From the IMG/VR virus record IMGVR_UViG_3300021255_000109, positions 116,779 through 180,778 of that record: a DNA stretch of 64,000 bases, one strand, 5' to 3'. Made by a program: the position numbers and the translations under genes. Origin of the DNA: a virus (Duplodnaviria; Caudoviricetes). Positions within the stretch are counted from its first letter, which is position 1. Every line of letters starts with the position of its first letter. The notes beneath the pieces were generated by a model. It did no database searches, had not been told where the DNA came from, and worked only from the letters and a program-made list of their open reading frames with translations. This document shows, piece after piece, positions 63,622 to 64,000 of the stretch.

Positions 63622-64000
63622 GTTTAAATATTACTAAAACCGGATAGATTAAAGGCATTGTAGTAGAACCTTTTCTTACTCTCCCTGATGGTTCAAAATG
63701 GTAGCTTCTTTTATTTCATTATGTTGATAAAGGAAATCATTTATTTACATAGAGCAATGCAACTTATAATAACGAATGGGGACTATTTAGTCGATTAAAA
63801 TGGATAAATGATTTTACATATAATAATTTATATGAATTTTATGTGATACAAGATGGAACAATACATCGTTTTACTTAGACTTCACAACCAACTGCAACAG
63901 CGCCAGCAGGATTAACAGTAATAACAGGTAATCCTGTTCAAGGAATTGCAAAAGCGAATCAGTCAAATAGTTATATGGGCTATAGTTCTTGGTGGGGTGC
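63618..64000 (+). CDS. Hypothetical adsorption protein (partial; runs off the window)
   Basis: GGGAGG RBS, ATGA overlap with the previous stop; open with TAG=Q; DGSKW.L resembles the fibrinogen-like DGGGW motif (weak). Confidence 0.6.

Noticed and set aside
253-64000. Pseudogenised or decayed prophage, or sequencing errors, as the cause of fragmented ORFs
   Set aside because: The interruptions examined are all TAG, frames are preserved, and TAG aligns with Gln in internal repeats
42023-64000. Diversity-generating retroelement acting on the Mtd-N-like fibres
   Set aside because: No reverse transcriptase and no template/variable repeat pair differing only at adenines seen in this window
1-64000. 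Suppressor tRNA, release factor, CRISPR array, lysis genes, tail sheath
   Set aside because: None recognised; intergenic gaps are short and accounted for by RBSs, hairpins and the motif. The recoding machinery presumably lies elsewhere in the genome.

Overview
Virion-morphogenesis region of a large, AT-rich tailed phage with siphovirus-like gene order and no sheath gene recognised. Strong AGGAGG/AAAGGAG RBSs and a perfect sigma-A promoter suggest a Bacillota host. The phage uses TAG as a sense codon (Gln, genetic code 15), so the supplied ORF track is badly fragmented. Re-reading with TAG=Q gives about 32 tightly packed + strand genes, each ending in TAA or TGA. In order: terminase large subunit (interrupted by a group I intron at the window start), small nuclease, portal, protease/scaffold, head decoration protein, major capsid protein with a -1 frameshift extension, neck and tail-completion proteins, tail tube, a ~3920-aa tape measure, tail-tip/baseplate proteins, and several tail-fibre/adhesin proteins including a 2332-aa protein with a CotH-like kinase domain. 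Non-coding highlights: a five-copy intergenic motif with invariant spacing (GGNCWA-N25-TTTTA-N7-TAG; putative late promoter), several intrinsic terminators, and apparent GCGC enrichment. No tRNA, CRISPR array, lysis gene or DGR was seen in the window. Coordinates and translations were done by hand. Functional calls rest on motifs and synteny, not database searches. Very long genes were joined from same-frame fragments without checking every codon.
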